Assembly (NCBI GenBank): GCA_050613775.1
Contig: JBODTK010000154.1
Span: 62,001 to 126,000 of the forward strand
DNA length: 64,000 nt
Direction: 5' to 3'
Source of the DNA: Neocallimastix sp. 'constans'
Taxonomy: Eukaryota
Positions 28,449 through 40,141 of the stretch are shown here, in pieces; within the stretch, counting starts at the first letter, position 1; the number at the start of each line of letters is the position of its first letter. Below the pieces are notes generated by a model. That model was not told where the DNA came from. It searched no databases and saw only the letters and a list, made by a program, of their open reading frames with translations. A program made the position numbers and the translations under genes.

Positions 28449-31400
28449 TTAAGTCGAGCTCCTGCGAGAATCATTTCTTGAGGGAAGTTCTATAACAAAG
28501 GGTTGATATTTATGTCTTACAATGAAATCATTGGCATGATCATCATTCTTAATAGATTCTTGATCCTTTGTTCTTGTTTTATTTTTCTTATTTTTTCTAA
28601 AGTATTCCCGAATTAATTGTTTATCTAAAATTTGATCTTCATCTATCCAAGAGTCTTCATTTGATCCTTTCCAAGAGATAAGAAAACGATTCTTTCCTTT
28701 ATAAGTTCTCATATTAATTATTTTATCTGGAATCATATCGGAATTATTTGTAGTTAAATTTATACTCTTTCGTTTATTAACATTTCTATCTTCAAATTCA
28801 TTCTCATAATAAGGTTCAAGTAAAGAAACATGAAAAATTGGATGACAATGCATATTATTAGGTAGTTTAAGTTTGTACGCTAAGGGACTAACTTTTTCAA
28901 TTATTTCAAAAGGACCTATCAATTGATCGGCTAGTTTTCTTTTAACATTCTTAGTAGTAGATCCTTTAAGTAACCAAACTTTTTTACCGACTTCGAAATT
29001 AGGGGAAGGAAGTCTTTTCAAATCGGCGTATTTTTTATAAGTTTTCTTAGCTTCTAAGTTTCTTTTTAAAAATTCAATATTTTTATTAATATCTAATATT
29101 CTTTTTTCAGCTCTACTTGGTCTTTCTAAGGATGGAATCTCAGGACTAAATTTAGGATTAAAACCATAGTTTGCGAAGAATGGTGATTGATTTATAGATT
29201 GATGTAAAGTATTATTGTAAGCGAATTCAGCGAAAGGTAGTAAATCGACCCAATTATTTTGCCTTTCATTTATGAAACAACGAAGATATTGTTCCAATAT
29301 TCCGTTCACCCTCTCCGTTGGACCATCAGTCTCCGGATGGTTGGAGGTAGAAAGAGAATGAGTAATATCAAGAAGTTTACATAAGCGATTCCAAAATTCA
29401 GATGTAAATTGCGATCCTCTATCAGAAATAATAGAATCAGGGAAACCATGTAATTTAAAAATATTCGAGATAAAAGCATCAGCAGCAATTGAAGCAGTAG
29501 GAAGACAACGAAAAGGAATAAAATGAGCCATTTTAGTCAAACGATCAACAACAACCATAATTGTAGTCATATCTTTAGACTTAGGTAATTCAACGATAAA
29601 ATCCATAGAAATATCAGACCAAGCTTTATTAGGAGTGGACAAGGGTGAAAGAAGTCCATATGGCTTGTGTCTAGGAATTTTTGATTTACAGCAAACTTCA
29701 CAAGACTTAATAAATTTTTTAACATCAAGAGAAAAATTAGGCCACCAAAAATTGCGGCTAAGTAATTCTTGAGTCTTAGAAACACCAAAATGACCAGCAG
29801 TAGGAGAGTCATGATGGAGTTCAAGAACTCTCGTTCGAATCGATTTAGGAACATAAATCAGATTTTTAAAAAGTAAAAATCCTTCTTTATCAATCATGAA
29901 TTTATTAATATTTTGAATTTTAGGGTTAACAGCATTATTAATAGATAAGGATGATTTAACAGAATTATAGAATTCATCATTCTCAAGAGCATTCAAAATA
30001 GAATTAGCAAGGGTATCATTATTAATAGTAAAACAGTTAATAACATGACAAGAAGAATTAAATTCAAAATTAAATTCAAAATTAAATAAATGATCACTTC
30101 TCCTAGATAGTAAATCAGGTTTACCCGATTTTTTCCCAGATCTATAGACAATATTAAAATCAAAACGAGATAAAAATTCATACCATCTAATTTGACGTTG
30201 CGAAAGCATTTCCGGTTTTCTAGGAAATGTTAAATTTTTATGATCAGTGTAAATAGTAAATGGATGACGAGCACCCTCTAAAAAGTGACGCCATTGCTCT
30301 AAAGCAACTTTAATAGCGAGAAGTTCCTTATCATAAATGGGGTAGTTTCTTTGAGACTTAGTCAAACTCGAAGAAATAAAGGCAACTGGATGGAGATTGC
30401 CATCAACTTCTTGAGAAAGTACAGCTCCAACTGCAAAGTTACTAGCATCAGTTTCAACGATAAACGGTTTATTACTATCAGGATTAATTAAAATTGGAGC
30501 AGATGTGAAAAGTTCTTTCAATTTAACAAAAGCATTCTGTTGCTCAGGTCCCCAAATAAAAGGTACATTTTTACGAGTGAGTTTATGTATTGGTAAAGCT
30601 ATTTTGGCAAAATCTTTAATGAAAACTCTATAATAATTACAAAGTCCAATAAATGACTGAACTTCTTTGACATTAGTAGGTACAGGCCAATCTAAAATAG
30701 CTTTAATTTTTTCAGGATCAGGTTTAAGACCATCTTTAGATATGATGTAACCCAGGAAGGAGGTTTCCGTTACATCGAATTCACATTTTTCTAGTTTAAC
30801 ATATAAATTATTATCTAAAAGTTTTTTCAACACTTTTCTAACATGTTCATGATGTTCTTCTAAGTTATTTGAATAAATAAGAATATCGTCGATATATGAG
30901 ATAACAAAATCATCTAAGTAGTCACTAAGAACATCATTTATAAAATGTTGAAATGTAGCAGGTGCATTCTTTAACCCAAAAGGCATAACAAGATATTCAT
31001 AATGTCCATAACGAGTTCTAAAAGCAGTCTTATATTCATCACCTTCTTTTATTCTTACTAAGTTATATGCAGATTTAAGATCTAACTTAGTAAAATATTT
31101 AGCACCTTTAACTCTGTCAATTAATTCACTTATTAATGGTAAAGGATATGAATTTCTAATAGTCATTTCATTTAATTTTCTGTAATCAATACATAATCTC
31201 AAAGTGCCATCTTTCTTTTTGACAAATAAGACAGGGGCACCAGCTGGTGATTTGGATTTTCTAATAAATCCTTTTGCTAAGTTTTCTTTAATATACTTTT
31301 TCAATTCATCCCTTTCTGCTTCTGTTAAAGGATAAATAGGACCATAGAATAGAATTGAATTATCCTTTAAATTTATTTCACAATCATATTCTCTATGGGG

Positions 31401-33293
31401 AGGTAATTTATCACAATTCTTTTCATCAAAAACTTCAATATAATCGAGATAACAAGGAGGAATAGAAATTTTATTATCACTATCGTTAACAATATTATTA
31501 TTATCTAAATTCTGAATAATCAGACAGTTACACAAATTGTCTAACACACAATTTTGATAAGAAAAAAAATAGTTTGTTGGTTCGGCGACCAATTTACTTT
31601 CTTTATTTAAAATTTCATTTTTACATGATTTAATAAAATTACATGATTTTTTGATTTTATCTATTGTACTAAGTTCTTTAAAATTACAAAAGTTAATTTT
31701 TTCTTTACTACAATCATTATCTTTAACACTAATATTAATACTATCACTATCACTATCACTATCACTATCATTAATGGTTCTAACTTTTCTTCCACGGACG
31801 TATTCAGCTTCGCTTTCTGATTCGGAATCCCAGAGGGGTTTACACTTATATGGAGTACTTGATTCATAGGAATTTTCTTCTTCAGGTTCGATATCGATCT
31901 TACACTTCTTTGAACCTTTCTTGCTTCTATTTTTGTTTTTTCTTTTTCTTTTACCATTATTACAGTTCCTAGCGCAATAACCAGAAGGAAAGGATATTTT
32001 TCTTGAATCATAATTCATTGGACAATGCTTTTCAATCCAAGGAATACCTAAAATGATATCTACATCAGGAATATAAAGTGCATAGAGTTGAATAACTTCA
32101 AAATGGTTCTTGAATCGTAAGATACACTTTTCAGTTTGTTCGTAGATGGTAGAGATACCATATCCTAGTCCAGTAACATTGAAAGATCTTTTAACTTCAT
32201 TCAATTTAATTTTGTTTTTATTAACGAACGAAGGATGAATAAAATTCAAATCCGAGCCAGAGTCGATAAGAACCCTAACTGGAACTTCTTCAATATCATT
32301 TGTTTTTATATAGAAAGTAATTATATTGTTCTTTCTTTTATTCATAGCATTTTCTTCATCAGTAATAGCTCTAATTTTTTGAGCATCATCGGATTCCTTG
32401 ATCATTCTAATTCTTCTTAATTTTGCCGATGGAAGATTTTCATCTGTTTCTCTAATTTTATTCTTGTGTTTAACTCCAGAAGGTCTTTTTCTGTTAGGAC
32501 AATTAAACTGTAAGTGTCCTGGTTGTTTACATAAAAAACAAAGACCTTTTTTCTTTTCTTCAGAAAAGTCTCTTTTATTTTCAACATATAAATTTTGATT
32601 ATAGTTCTGGTTGTATCTTCTATATCTATCATTTTTGATCCTAAATAAATCAACATCCATAGGATCATCACGACGACTACTATTTCTCTGGTTGTGGTTA
32701 CTGTTTTGTTGCGAATTTCTAACTCGTTGCTGATTATAATAGAATTCAACAAAATTAGTTCGCTCTGACAAATTTTCAATTTGAATTACATCAGTATACA
32801 ACTTGTTAAGGGAATCTGGATTTGGGTTAACAACGGCTAATTGTTCCCTCATTTTGTAATGTAATCCTTTAAGAAACATATAAATTTTGGCTGATTCGTT
32901 GAAGTCCGAATTTTGGCAAGTTGTTTTGAACTGGTTAATATATTCTAACACTTGCCCATATTTTTTCTGACGAATGGTATCTAATTTACCATTAGCCACA
33001 ATTGTCTCCACTTCTGGATCCCCATAATTAATTTTAAGTTCCCTCTTAAAATTATTTAAATTATCGATCAAGGGATCTTCATTATCCCATAGATTTGAGG
33101 CCCAATTTAAAGGATCACCTCTTAAGAATGAGGTTATAAATCTAACCTTTGATCTATCGTCTGGAAAGTCATCTGGGGTATCCTCAAAGTTCATATTTAC
33201 AATTGTGAGGAACCCTTTAAGTTCTTTTCTTTCACCGTTAAAAATCGGTGGCTTACTGACCTTCCGTTTTTCTTCTCGTCCACGTTCCGCCAT
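28449..33293 (-). CDS. Gag-Pol polyprotein: capsid, CCHC knuckle, protease, RT, RNase H, integrase, chromodomain
   Basis: [74 protein letters not shown]-terminal FLISWKG..DSW; first ATG at 33293 (frame open to 33338). Confidence 0.95.
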   Translation of the reverse strand: MAERGREEKRKVSKPPIFNGERKELKGFLTIVNMNFEDTPDDFPDDRSKVRFITSFLRGDPLNWASNLWDNEDPLIDNLNNFKRELKINYGDPEVETIVANGKLDTIRQKKYGQVLEYINQFKTTCQNSDFNESAKIYMFLKGLHYKMREQLAVVNPNPDSLNKLYTDVIQIENLSERTNFVEFYYNQQRVRNSQQNSNHNQRNSSRRDDPMDVDLFRIKNDRYRRYNQNYNQNLYVENKRDFSEEKKKGLCFLCKQPGHLQFNCPNRKRPSGVKHKNKIRETDENLPSAKLRRIRMIKESDDAQKIRAITDEENAMNKRKNNIITFYIKTNDIEEVPVRVLIDSGSDLNFIHPSFVNKNKIKLNEVKRSFNVTGLGYGISTIYEQTEKCILRFKNHFEVIQLYALYIPDVDIILGIPWIEKHCPMNYDSRKISFPSGYCARNCNNGKRKRKNKNRSKKGSKKCKIDIEPEEENSYESSTPYKCKPLWDSESESEAEYVRGRKVRTINDSDSDSDSDSINISVKDNDCSKEKINFCNFKELSTIDKIKKSCNFIKSCKNEILNKESKLVAEPTNYFFSYQNCVLDNLCNCLIIQNLDNNNIVNDSDNKISIPPCYLDYIEVFDEKNCDKLPPHREYDCEINLKDNSILFYGPIYPLTEAERDELKKYIKENLAKGFIRKSKSPAGAPVLFVKKKDGTLRLCIDYRKLNEMTIRNSYPLPLISELIDRVKGAKYFTKLDLKSAYNLVRIKEGDEYKTAFRTRYGHYEYLVMPFGLKNAPATFQHFINDVLSDYLDDFVISYIDDILIYSNNLEEHHEHVRKVLKKLLDNNLYVKLEKCEFDVTETSFLGYIISKDGLKPDPEKIKAILDWPVPTNVKEVQSFIGLCNYYRVFIKDFAKIALPIHKLTRKNVPFIWGPEQQNAFVKLKELFTSAPILINPDSNKPFIVETDASNFAVGAVLSQEVDGNLHPVAFISSSLTKSQRNYPIYDKELLAIKVALEQWRHFLEGARHPFTIYTDHKNLTFPRKPEMLSQRQIRWYEFLSRFDFNIVYRSGKKSGKPDLLSRRSDHLFNFEFNFEFNSSCHVINCFTINNDTLANSILNALENDEFYNSVKSSLSINNAVNPKIQNINKFMIDKEGFLLFKNLIYVPKSIRTRVLELHHDSPTAGHFGVSKTQELLSRNFWWPNFSLDVKKFIKSCEVCCKSKIPRHKPYGLLSPLSTPNKAWSDISMDFIVELPKSKDMTTIMVVVDRLTKMAHFIPFRCLPTASIAADAFISNIFKLHGFPDSIISDRGSQFTSEFWNRLCKLLDITHSLSTSNHPETDGPTERVNGILEQYLRCFINERQNNWVDLLPFAEFAYNNTLHQSINQSPFFANYGFNPKFSPEIPSLERPSRAEKRILDINKNIEFLKRNLEAKKTYKKYADLKRLPSPNFEVGKKVWLLKGSTTKNVKRKLADQLIGPFEIIEKVSPLAYKLKLPNNMHCHPIFHVSLLEPYYENEFEDRNVNKRKSINLTTNNSDMIPDKIINMRTYKGKNRFLISWKGSNEDSWIDEDQILDKQLIREYFRKNKKNKTRTKDQESIKNDDHANDFIVRHKYQPFVIELPSRNDSRRSST

Positions 33294-33356
33294 ATCTTCA
33301 ATGTGGAGGTTTCTTAGCCTAATATTAAATTCTTCCACTTTGAAAAAAAAAAAAAA

Positions 33357-33404
<48 letters not shown>

Positions 33405-33689
33405 AAAAGAATTCTTATATACGATTATTATTTTTATTTAAATTTACTATTATAATATTATGTAAAGTCGACTTGGCTCTAACCGCTTGAAATGGTGCCC
33501 GTCGAGTAAACAAAATTATTATAATAATAATAAGTTTAAATAAAAATAATCTCAAATATTCCAATATAATTAGTAATCACGGCGGCGACTTAATGGGTGC
33601 AATTATAATTAGTACTTCTTCAAATAGTACTTCTTCTATTATTACTTCTTGTTTCTTCTCTTAGTAATTCTTCAAGTGGTAGTTTTCTA

Positions 33690-33780
33690 ATAGGTAGTTC
33701 TCTAATTGGTAGTTCTCTAACTGGTAGTTCTTTAACTGGTAGTTCTTTAACTGGTAGTTCTTTAACTGGTAGTTCTCTAA
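33690..33780 (-). repeat. 15-bp tandem repeat in the gypsy leader (reads ELPVK/ELPIR)
   Basis: About six units of (T/C)TAACTGGTAGTTCT-like sequence seen directly. Confidence 0.85.
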
Positions 33781-33817
33781 TCTCGTGATCGTAACGTGCT
33801 CCACTTTTTATAACAAG

Positions 33818-33828
33818 GTAGTTGTTAT
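33818..33828 (-). promoter_or_regulatory. Self-priming primer-binding site (Tf1 type)
   Basis: ATAACAACTAC directly after the 5' LTR is the exact reverse complement of LTR segment 34010-34020. Confidence 0.85.
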
Positions 33829-34577
33829 TGTAAAAATGTTCCTTATGGAGCAGATTACAATTACGAAAAAAACAAAAAAAAAACAACAAAAACAACACTA
33901 TCAATAACAATACTCTAATGAAATTGATTTTTTAAAAAAAAAAAATTCTTTTATTAATCACTTTATTATAAAAATTCTTTTTATTAGTTATTAACTGCAA
34001 AAATAGTTAATAACAACTACATCTTTTTTTAATAGAATAATTTTACATGTATTTATATTTTTTTCTTAATTATATTATAATATACTATTTCTATTTATTT
34101 AAACATATAAAATAAACAAAAACTAATCTAAAATTAAATAAAGTTATAAAAAACTAAAACTAATTCAATAAGCTTTTTATTCAATTTGTTTTGACTCAAA
34201 TTGAATAAGTTCTTATTTATTATTTATTTATTATTCTTTTATTATTAGTACTATTAATTATATATTACTATTTAATTTTTTTGATTATTAAACTAAACTA
34301 AAATTAAACTAAACTAAAATTAAACTAAACTAAAATTATTAAAATATTTTATTACTAAATTTTAGGTTATTTAAAAATTAATTTTATATTTTTAAATTTA
34401 TATATTATATGAAATATAAATTTATTATTAATTTTCATAAATCAATTAATTTCATAAATTAATATATTTTACATAATTTAATGCATTAGCATTATTTTGT
34501 AAACGTGAATTACATTAAATAATTTAATGTACAAATAAATTAATTAATGTACTAAAGATATTGATCATATCTTTACA
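33829..34577 (-). repeat. gypsy 5' LTR (749 bp; 3 copies of the 16-bp unit)
   Basis: Direct repeat of 27460-28438; TATAAA on the minus strand at ~34052-34057. Confidence 0.95.
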
Positions 34578-34920
34578 TATTGTTATTGTTATTGTTATTG
34601 TTATTGTTATTGTTATTGTTATTGTTATTATTACTGTTATTGTTATTGTTATTGTTATTGTTATTGTTATTGTTATTGTTATTGTTATTGTTATTGTTAT
34701 TGTTATTGTTATTGTTATTGTTATTGTTATTGTTATTGTTATTGTTATTGTTATTGTTATTGTTATTGTTATTGTTATTGTTATTGTTATTGTTATTGTT
34801 ATTGTTATTATTACTGTTATTGTTATTGTTATTGTTATTGTTATTGTTATTGTTATTGTTATTGTTATTGTTATTGTTATTGTTATTGTTATTGTTATTG
34901 TTATTGTTATTGTTATTGTT
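34578..34920. repeat. (ATTGTT)n microsatellite encoding poly-Asn within copia pol; continues at ~27390-27459
   Basis: Seen directly; split by the gypsy insertion. Confidence 0.95.
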
Positions 34921-35881
34921 AAAAAAGTTATAATGGTTGAATCTTTTGGAATCATTATTACTAAGTAAGTCGCTCCCCCTGATTTCGGAATTGGGAATAA
35001 AATAGTAGAAATCCTTAGGAATGGAAGAAGTGATTTTTGAATTTCCAGGGTTATTTTCAAAAAATTCAACAGAGCGGGAAAGAATAATTTTATTAGAAGA
35101 CAAATTAAGAATTTTATAAGCTGAAGAATACGGATTATAACCCAGGAAAATGCCTGGTAAAGCATTATTGTCAAATTTATTTCGAAAAGATTTTGGAATG
35201 TAGAAAAATACATGGCATCCAAAAACTTTAAAGTGAGAATAATCAATTTTTGATTTAAATAAAATTTCGTAAGGTATTTTGTTATGGATACCAGAGTGTG
35301 GTATTCTATTATGTATATAGTTAGCTGTATCAACAGCATATTCCCAGAATTTGTGACTTAATTGAACCTCGTTTAATAAGGCTTTAGCAGAATTTATAAG
35401 GATACCATTAAAGCGTTCCACACGACCATTTTGTTGGGGAGAATATGGGATAGTAAATTGTTGAACAATCCCATTATTGGTACAGAATGTTTTGAATTTT
35501 CTATTGTTGAATTCCGTACCTTTATCGGTACGAATAAAAGATATAGATTTATTGAAAATATTATTGATTTCTTTATACCAAAAGTGAAATTTATCGAACG
35601 TTTCACTTTTGTTGTCGAGAAAGAGGATCCATCCATAACGTGAAAAATCATCTAGAATTGAGAGGAAATACTTACTTCCATGAATTGATTCATTGATTGG
35701 CCCAACAAGATCCATGTGGATTAATTCGAAAATGGATTTAGATTTATTTATAGATCTTTTATATGGAAAATTTTTTAATTTTGAATTAGAACAAATAGGA
35801 CATTTTGATTTAATATCAATTTTTAATAATTTGTTTTTGATGGGATCAATATAAAAAATGCCCTAATCTCCTATGCCATAA
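34921..35881 (-). pseudogene. copia integrase (HHCC and DDE)
   Basis: LWHRRLGH (frameshifted), HMDLVGP, IRTDKGTEF, PQQNGRVERFN. Confidence 0.9.
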
Positions 35882-35974
35882 TTTTATTTTATCAGGGATA
35901 GATAGTCTTGATAAGTGAAATAGATGTATAGGTGTATTATTTGGTTTATTATAAATTATGGGATTGGTTGATAA

Positions 35975-36692
35975 TCAAATAATGAAAGTATTTTGTTCGT
36001 TTGAAAATAGATTAATTATTCTGTTTCCATATTGATCATAAATGGTTGCACATAAATGATTTTTGTTATTAAAGAAAATGACCTTATAATATTGTTGGAT
36101 GAGTTTAGAAACTGAAATTATATTTTTAGTTATATGTGGTACAAAATGGACGTTTCTTAATACAAATTTATTATTATTTAAATATCCAATGAAATCACCA
36201 CATTTATGTGATGTGACTATGTTACCATTTGGGAGTATAATATTTTCATTGCAATATTTTAAATTTTTGAGGGAACTGATGGAATTAGTGATATGTAATG
36301 AAGCTCCAGAATCTAAAATCCAAGATGAAATTTTATTGTTTTGTTCAAGTTTTGTTTCCGAATCATTTTGATATTCAGTTGTGATACAGTTTAATAGAAC
36401 GTCATTTTCTAAATTGTAATCTTCTGAAAAAATACCAGAATTATGGTTTTTATTATTTGAACTAACATAGTTTATTTGTTTATTTGTTTTTCTAAATGTT
36501 TTGTTTTTAAACTGGTTATTTCTGGTATTTTTACAGTGTTGTTTTTTGAATTTCAAGTAATTTTTATGTTTGTTCTTAAGTTTGTTATTGTGCCAACAGT
36601 CCCTTGAAAAGTGACCGAATTTTCCACAGGTATGACATTTTCCGTTATTTGATTTTCTTTTGACATTATGTTTTTTGTTATTAGTTCGAAAT
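35975..36692 (-). pseudogene. copia gag zinc knuckle and aspartic protease
   Basis: CHTCGKFGHFSRDC; WILDSGASLHI; in-frame TGA at 35975. Confidence 0.9.
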
Positions 36693-37314
36693 TGTAATGA
36701 ATCCGTCAATAAAAAAACAGATTATAACAATAAAAAAACACTACAATTTAAACAAATAAAATTAAAGTAATTTCTTTTATTAATAAATTCTTTTATTAAT
36801 TATGAACTTCTCTTATGTTATTAACTGTAAAATAGTTAATAACTAATACATCGATTTAATTAAGAAAAATTACATGTATTTATATTTTTTCTTATTACAT
36901 TATTAATATATGATGTTATTTAATAATATATATAAAACTATTTATTTATAAACAAAAGATTTTTTAATTAATAATTTTTATTATTTATTAATTTACTAAA
37001 ACTAAAATTAATTTTTTTAAACTCTTTATTTTATTTATTATTTTAATACTTATAATAATTTTAATTATATATTTAATATTGAAAAACTATTTTTATAAAT
37101 ATTAACTATTTAAGATTATTCCTAAATTAATATTTAACTATTTAAAACTAAACTAAATTAACTAAACTAATTAAAAAATATTTTCAATTTAAAAAATAAT
37201 TAAATTTTATTTCAATAAATTTTATATTAAAAAAATAATTCATATACATTAAATAAATTAATTGTACGAAAAAATAAGTTATTTAATGTATTAAAGATTT
37301 ATTAAATCTTTACA
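36693..37314 (-). mobile_element. Solo LTR (622 bp) of a gypsy family related to 27460..34577
   Basis: TGTAA...TTACA termini, 5-bp TSD GAAAT; shares blocks with the gypsy LTR; removing it restores the gag frame (..KTRF-RTNN..). Confidence 0.9.
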
Positions 37315-38086
37315 GAAATCTAGTTTTCTGTTCAATATGGAATATCTGTTTATCCGATTCTTCTTGTTTTATGGATTCCTTCATGTTAGAGAATATAATG
37401 TCAGGAATGACATTTTTAATGTTGGAACATAGTTTATTCCAATCATCTTTGTATTGGAAAACATTTATAAATCTCAGGTTTTCGGGTAGAAATCTGTTGA
37501 GTATTCCAGCTTTTATATTATCACTAATATCGTGATCTAGGTTTTCAAGCTCTTTTATGGCATTTTGTAGTTTTGCCATAAAGATATTTATGTTTTAGTC
37601 TTCATTGTATTTTAGATTGTTTATTTTATTTTGTATTTCTAATTTTCTTCGTTCTGGACTTCTTGTGAAGGAATGTTCTAAGATTTTCCATGTTTGGAAA
37701 GCTGTTTTCCCTTGTCCCTCGATTATTTTCCTAGTTTCCTCTCCTAAACTATTAATGATGATCCATTTTACCATGACATCATTTTTAATGTCTAGATGGT
37801 TGGTGTCTTTATCATACACTAAATTATTATCGAACTTATCTTCCATGTAATCGCTGAGGTCATCTTTAACATTCCTTTTTCTTATCTTCTTCACCTTTTC
37901 AGAAACAACGTATCCTTCAAGGTTATTTATCATTAATAAGTAAAGGATACTAGTTCTCCAGCTGTTGTAATTGTCTGGAGTAAGATCAATTACTCTATTG
38001 AAATTTTTAGAGTAACTGAAAGTGATGCCCTTTGTTTGGGGATCGTTAATCACAATAGGTTGATTAATATTTCCTTGTCTTGTCAT
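37315..38086 (-). pseudogene. copia gag
   Basis: LTPDNYNSW gag motif; single in-frame TAA at 37595-97; interrupted by the solo LTR. Confidence 0.85.
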
Positions 38087-38565
38087 ATTATTTTGATTGT
38101 TAATACTGCTTTATTTAAGGGATTAGTTGTATTTCGTAATATAAATTTAATATTGTTATAGAATAATTTTTTATTTTATTATTTGTTTTATTTATATTTA
38201 TATTTTTAATTTAAAATTTGATTAAAAAATGGTTTATGATTGGGGGGTTTATATTGAATTGTTTATATTATTTTAATATGCCGAATACTGATTTTGTCCT
38301 GTTTTATTGGGTATATTTTAGTTATAGATATCATCTGATTATTAAATGTTGATTTTTGCGATTGGTTATTTATATTATTTTTATTGTTTAAATTGTTTAT
38401 TTTTGATTCATTGAAATTTTATTTTGATCTTTAGTTTTGTCAAATAAGATGATTATATTTCGTTATTCATTTGATTAAGTGATTTCTTTGATAAAAAAAT
38501 TTTTTTATTCTTATTTTTATTTTTATTATTTTTTTATATTTATATTTATGTAATCAGCTCAGATT

Positions 38566-38629
38566 ATTTGGCTGACTTTACTCAGCTCAAAATATTTTTA
38601 TTCATTTGGCTGACTTTACTCAGCTCAAA
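38566..38629. repeat. 26-bp direct repeat x2 (ATTTGGCTGACTTTACTCAGCTCAAA) in the copia leader
   Basis: 38566-38591 and 38604-38629; each contains a GCTGA/TCAGC hairpin. Confidence 0.85.
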
Positions 38630-38978
38630 GTATTTTGCTATTATTTTTATTTATATTTTATTATAAATGATATTTATATTTATTTAATTTTTAATTCATT
38701 ACTAAATTTAATATCATATTATGTTGTAAGATTTCTTGAAAAAAAAATCAATATCATTGAAATATGTTTCTTATTTTGAATACATTAGATCGAGTTATAG
38801 TTTTTGTTTAAGTTATATGTTATAGATTTATATAAGAGTAGACGTTAAAAAAAAAAAAACTCCTTTTTTTTTTTAATTTTAAAACTTTTGAACATTTATG
38901 ACAAAAAAATATCATTGTTTATATAATCCAAAAAAAATATAAATATTTATCTTTTGTTATAACTCAATCTGAGGAGAC

Positions 38979-38992
38979 TGAGACTCTTAATC
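38979..38992 (-). promoter_or_regulatory. copia primer-binding site complementary to the tRNA-Lys(CUU) anticodon arm
   Basis: Plus strand TGAGACTCTTAATC abuts the LTR; GACTCTTAATC is the conserved tRNA-Lys(CUU) anticodon stem-loop. Confidence 0.7.
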
Positions 38993-39172
38993 TTTTAACT
39001 CAGATAAAGATTAACAATTCATATTATATTTTCGTATTTGTTTTAATATAAAAGTGTTAAGTAAAATAAAAATAAAAAATACATCATGCTTATTTTATAC
39101 ATTTAGATAATTAATTCTATTGGTTAAATATATTAAATTTTAATTCTTATATTTGATATTTATCTCATTTCA
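38993..39172 (-). repeat. copia 5' LTR
   Basis: Direct repeat of 25436-25615; minus-strand ends TGAAA...TTAAAA. Confidence 0.92.
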
Positions 39173-39495
39173 TAATAATTTATTATAATTCATGAATTTA
39201 AATTTATATAAATTTGCTTTTTTTAAATATTTTACCTTTAATTTTTATGCCTATAATTAATTAAATAATTATATTATTATTAAACGTATATATAAAAAAA
39301 GATATTTCGTAGTTATAATAAATAATCTTTTATATATTTAATAATTATTTTTAAAAAGTTTGAAAATAAATAAAAAAAAATAACAATTCCAATATAAATA
39401 ATAAATTCAGTAATTTTTTGTTAATTATATAAATAAATAATTATTATTCAATTAAATATTCTTTAATAATTAATTAAATTTTTGTTACCACCAAA

Positions 39496-39536
<41 letters not shown>

Positions 39537-40141
39537 ATTTTATTGTTTTTATTCATAGTTATTGCAAATTGTTAAATTTTATTAAACATATAAAGTATAA
39601 ATACTAAATATAAATTTATTTCTTGCTGAAACAATATTTTATATTATATATATTAATATATCTATTTTATTTTGTAAAAAGCACACAAAAGTAATAATTA
39701 TTTAATATATTCTTTTATTATATAATTATATAATTTATAATTAAAATTTTTTGTTTTTATTATTTTTTTATATACTTTTTACTAAAACAATATTTCATAT
39801 TATATATATTTAATTTTCTATTTATTTTTATAAAAACACACAAAAATATTAATTATATAATATATTATATTATTATATAATTTTATAATTTATAATTAAA
39901 ATTTTTTATTTTTTATTATTTTTTTATTTATTTAATTTTTTTTTATTTTTTTGTCTATTATCATTATCATTACCATTTTTTATTTTCTATATTTAATTAT
40001 TAAATTAATTTTTATCTATATTTTATATTTTTAATTTTCTTTATATATTAATTATATATTTGTTTATTCGCATTTAGTATCATAAATAATTTATTTTCGG
40101 TATATTTTATTTCTTTTAAATTTTTAGACTTCTCAATTTAT

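Larger units (their letters stand above)
27460..34577 (-). mobile_element. Ty3/gypsy chromovirus (Tf1/sushi-like) LTR retrotransposon, full length
   Basis: TG...CA LTRs, 5-bp TSD TATTG (27455-59, 34578-82), PPT AAAGGGCGAGAT, single intact gag-pol ORF. Confidence 0.96.
25436..39172 (-). mobile_element. Ty1/copia LTR retrotransposon, inactivated, carrying two nested insertions
   Basis: 180-bp LTR pair; order gag-ZnK-PR-IN-RT-RNaseH; PPT GAGGGGGAG; flanks rejoin the spacer sequence seen at ~16610 and ~20255. Confidence 0.93.

Noticed and set aside
37595..37597. Programmed stop read-through in copia gag
   Set aside because: The stop is mid-gag and the element has several other stops and frameshifts, so decay is the simpler explanation
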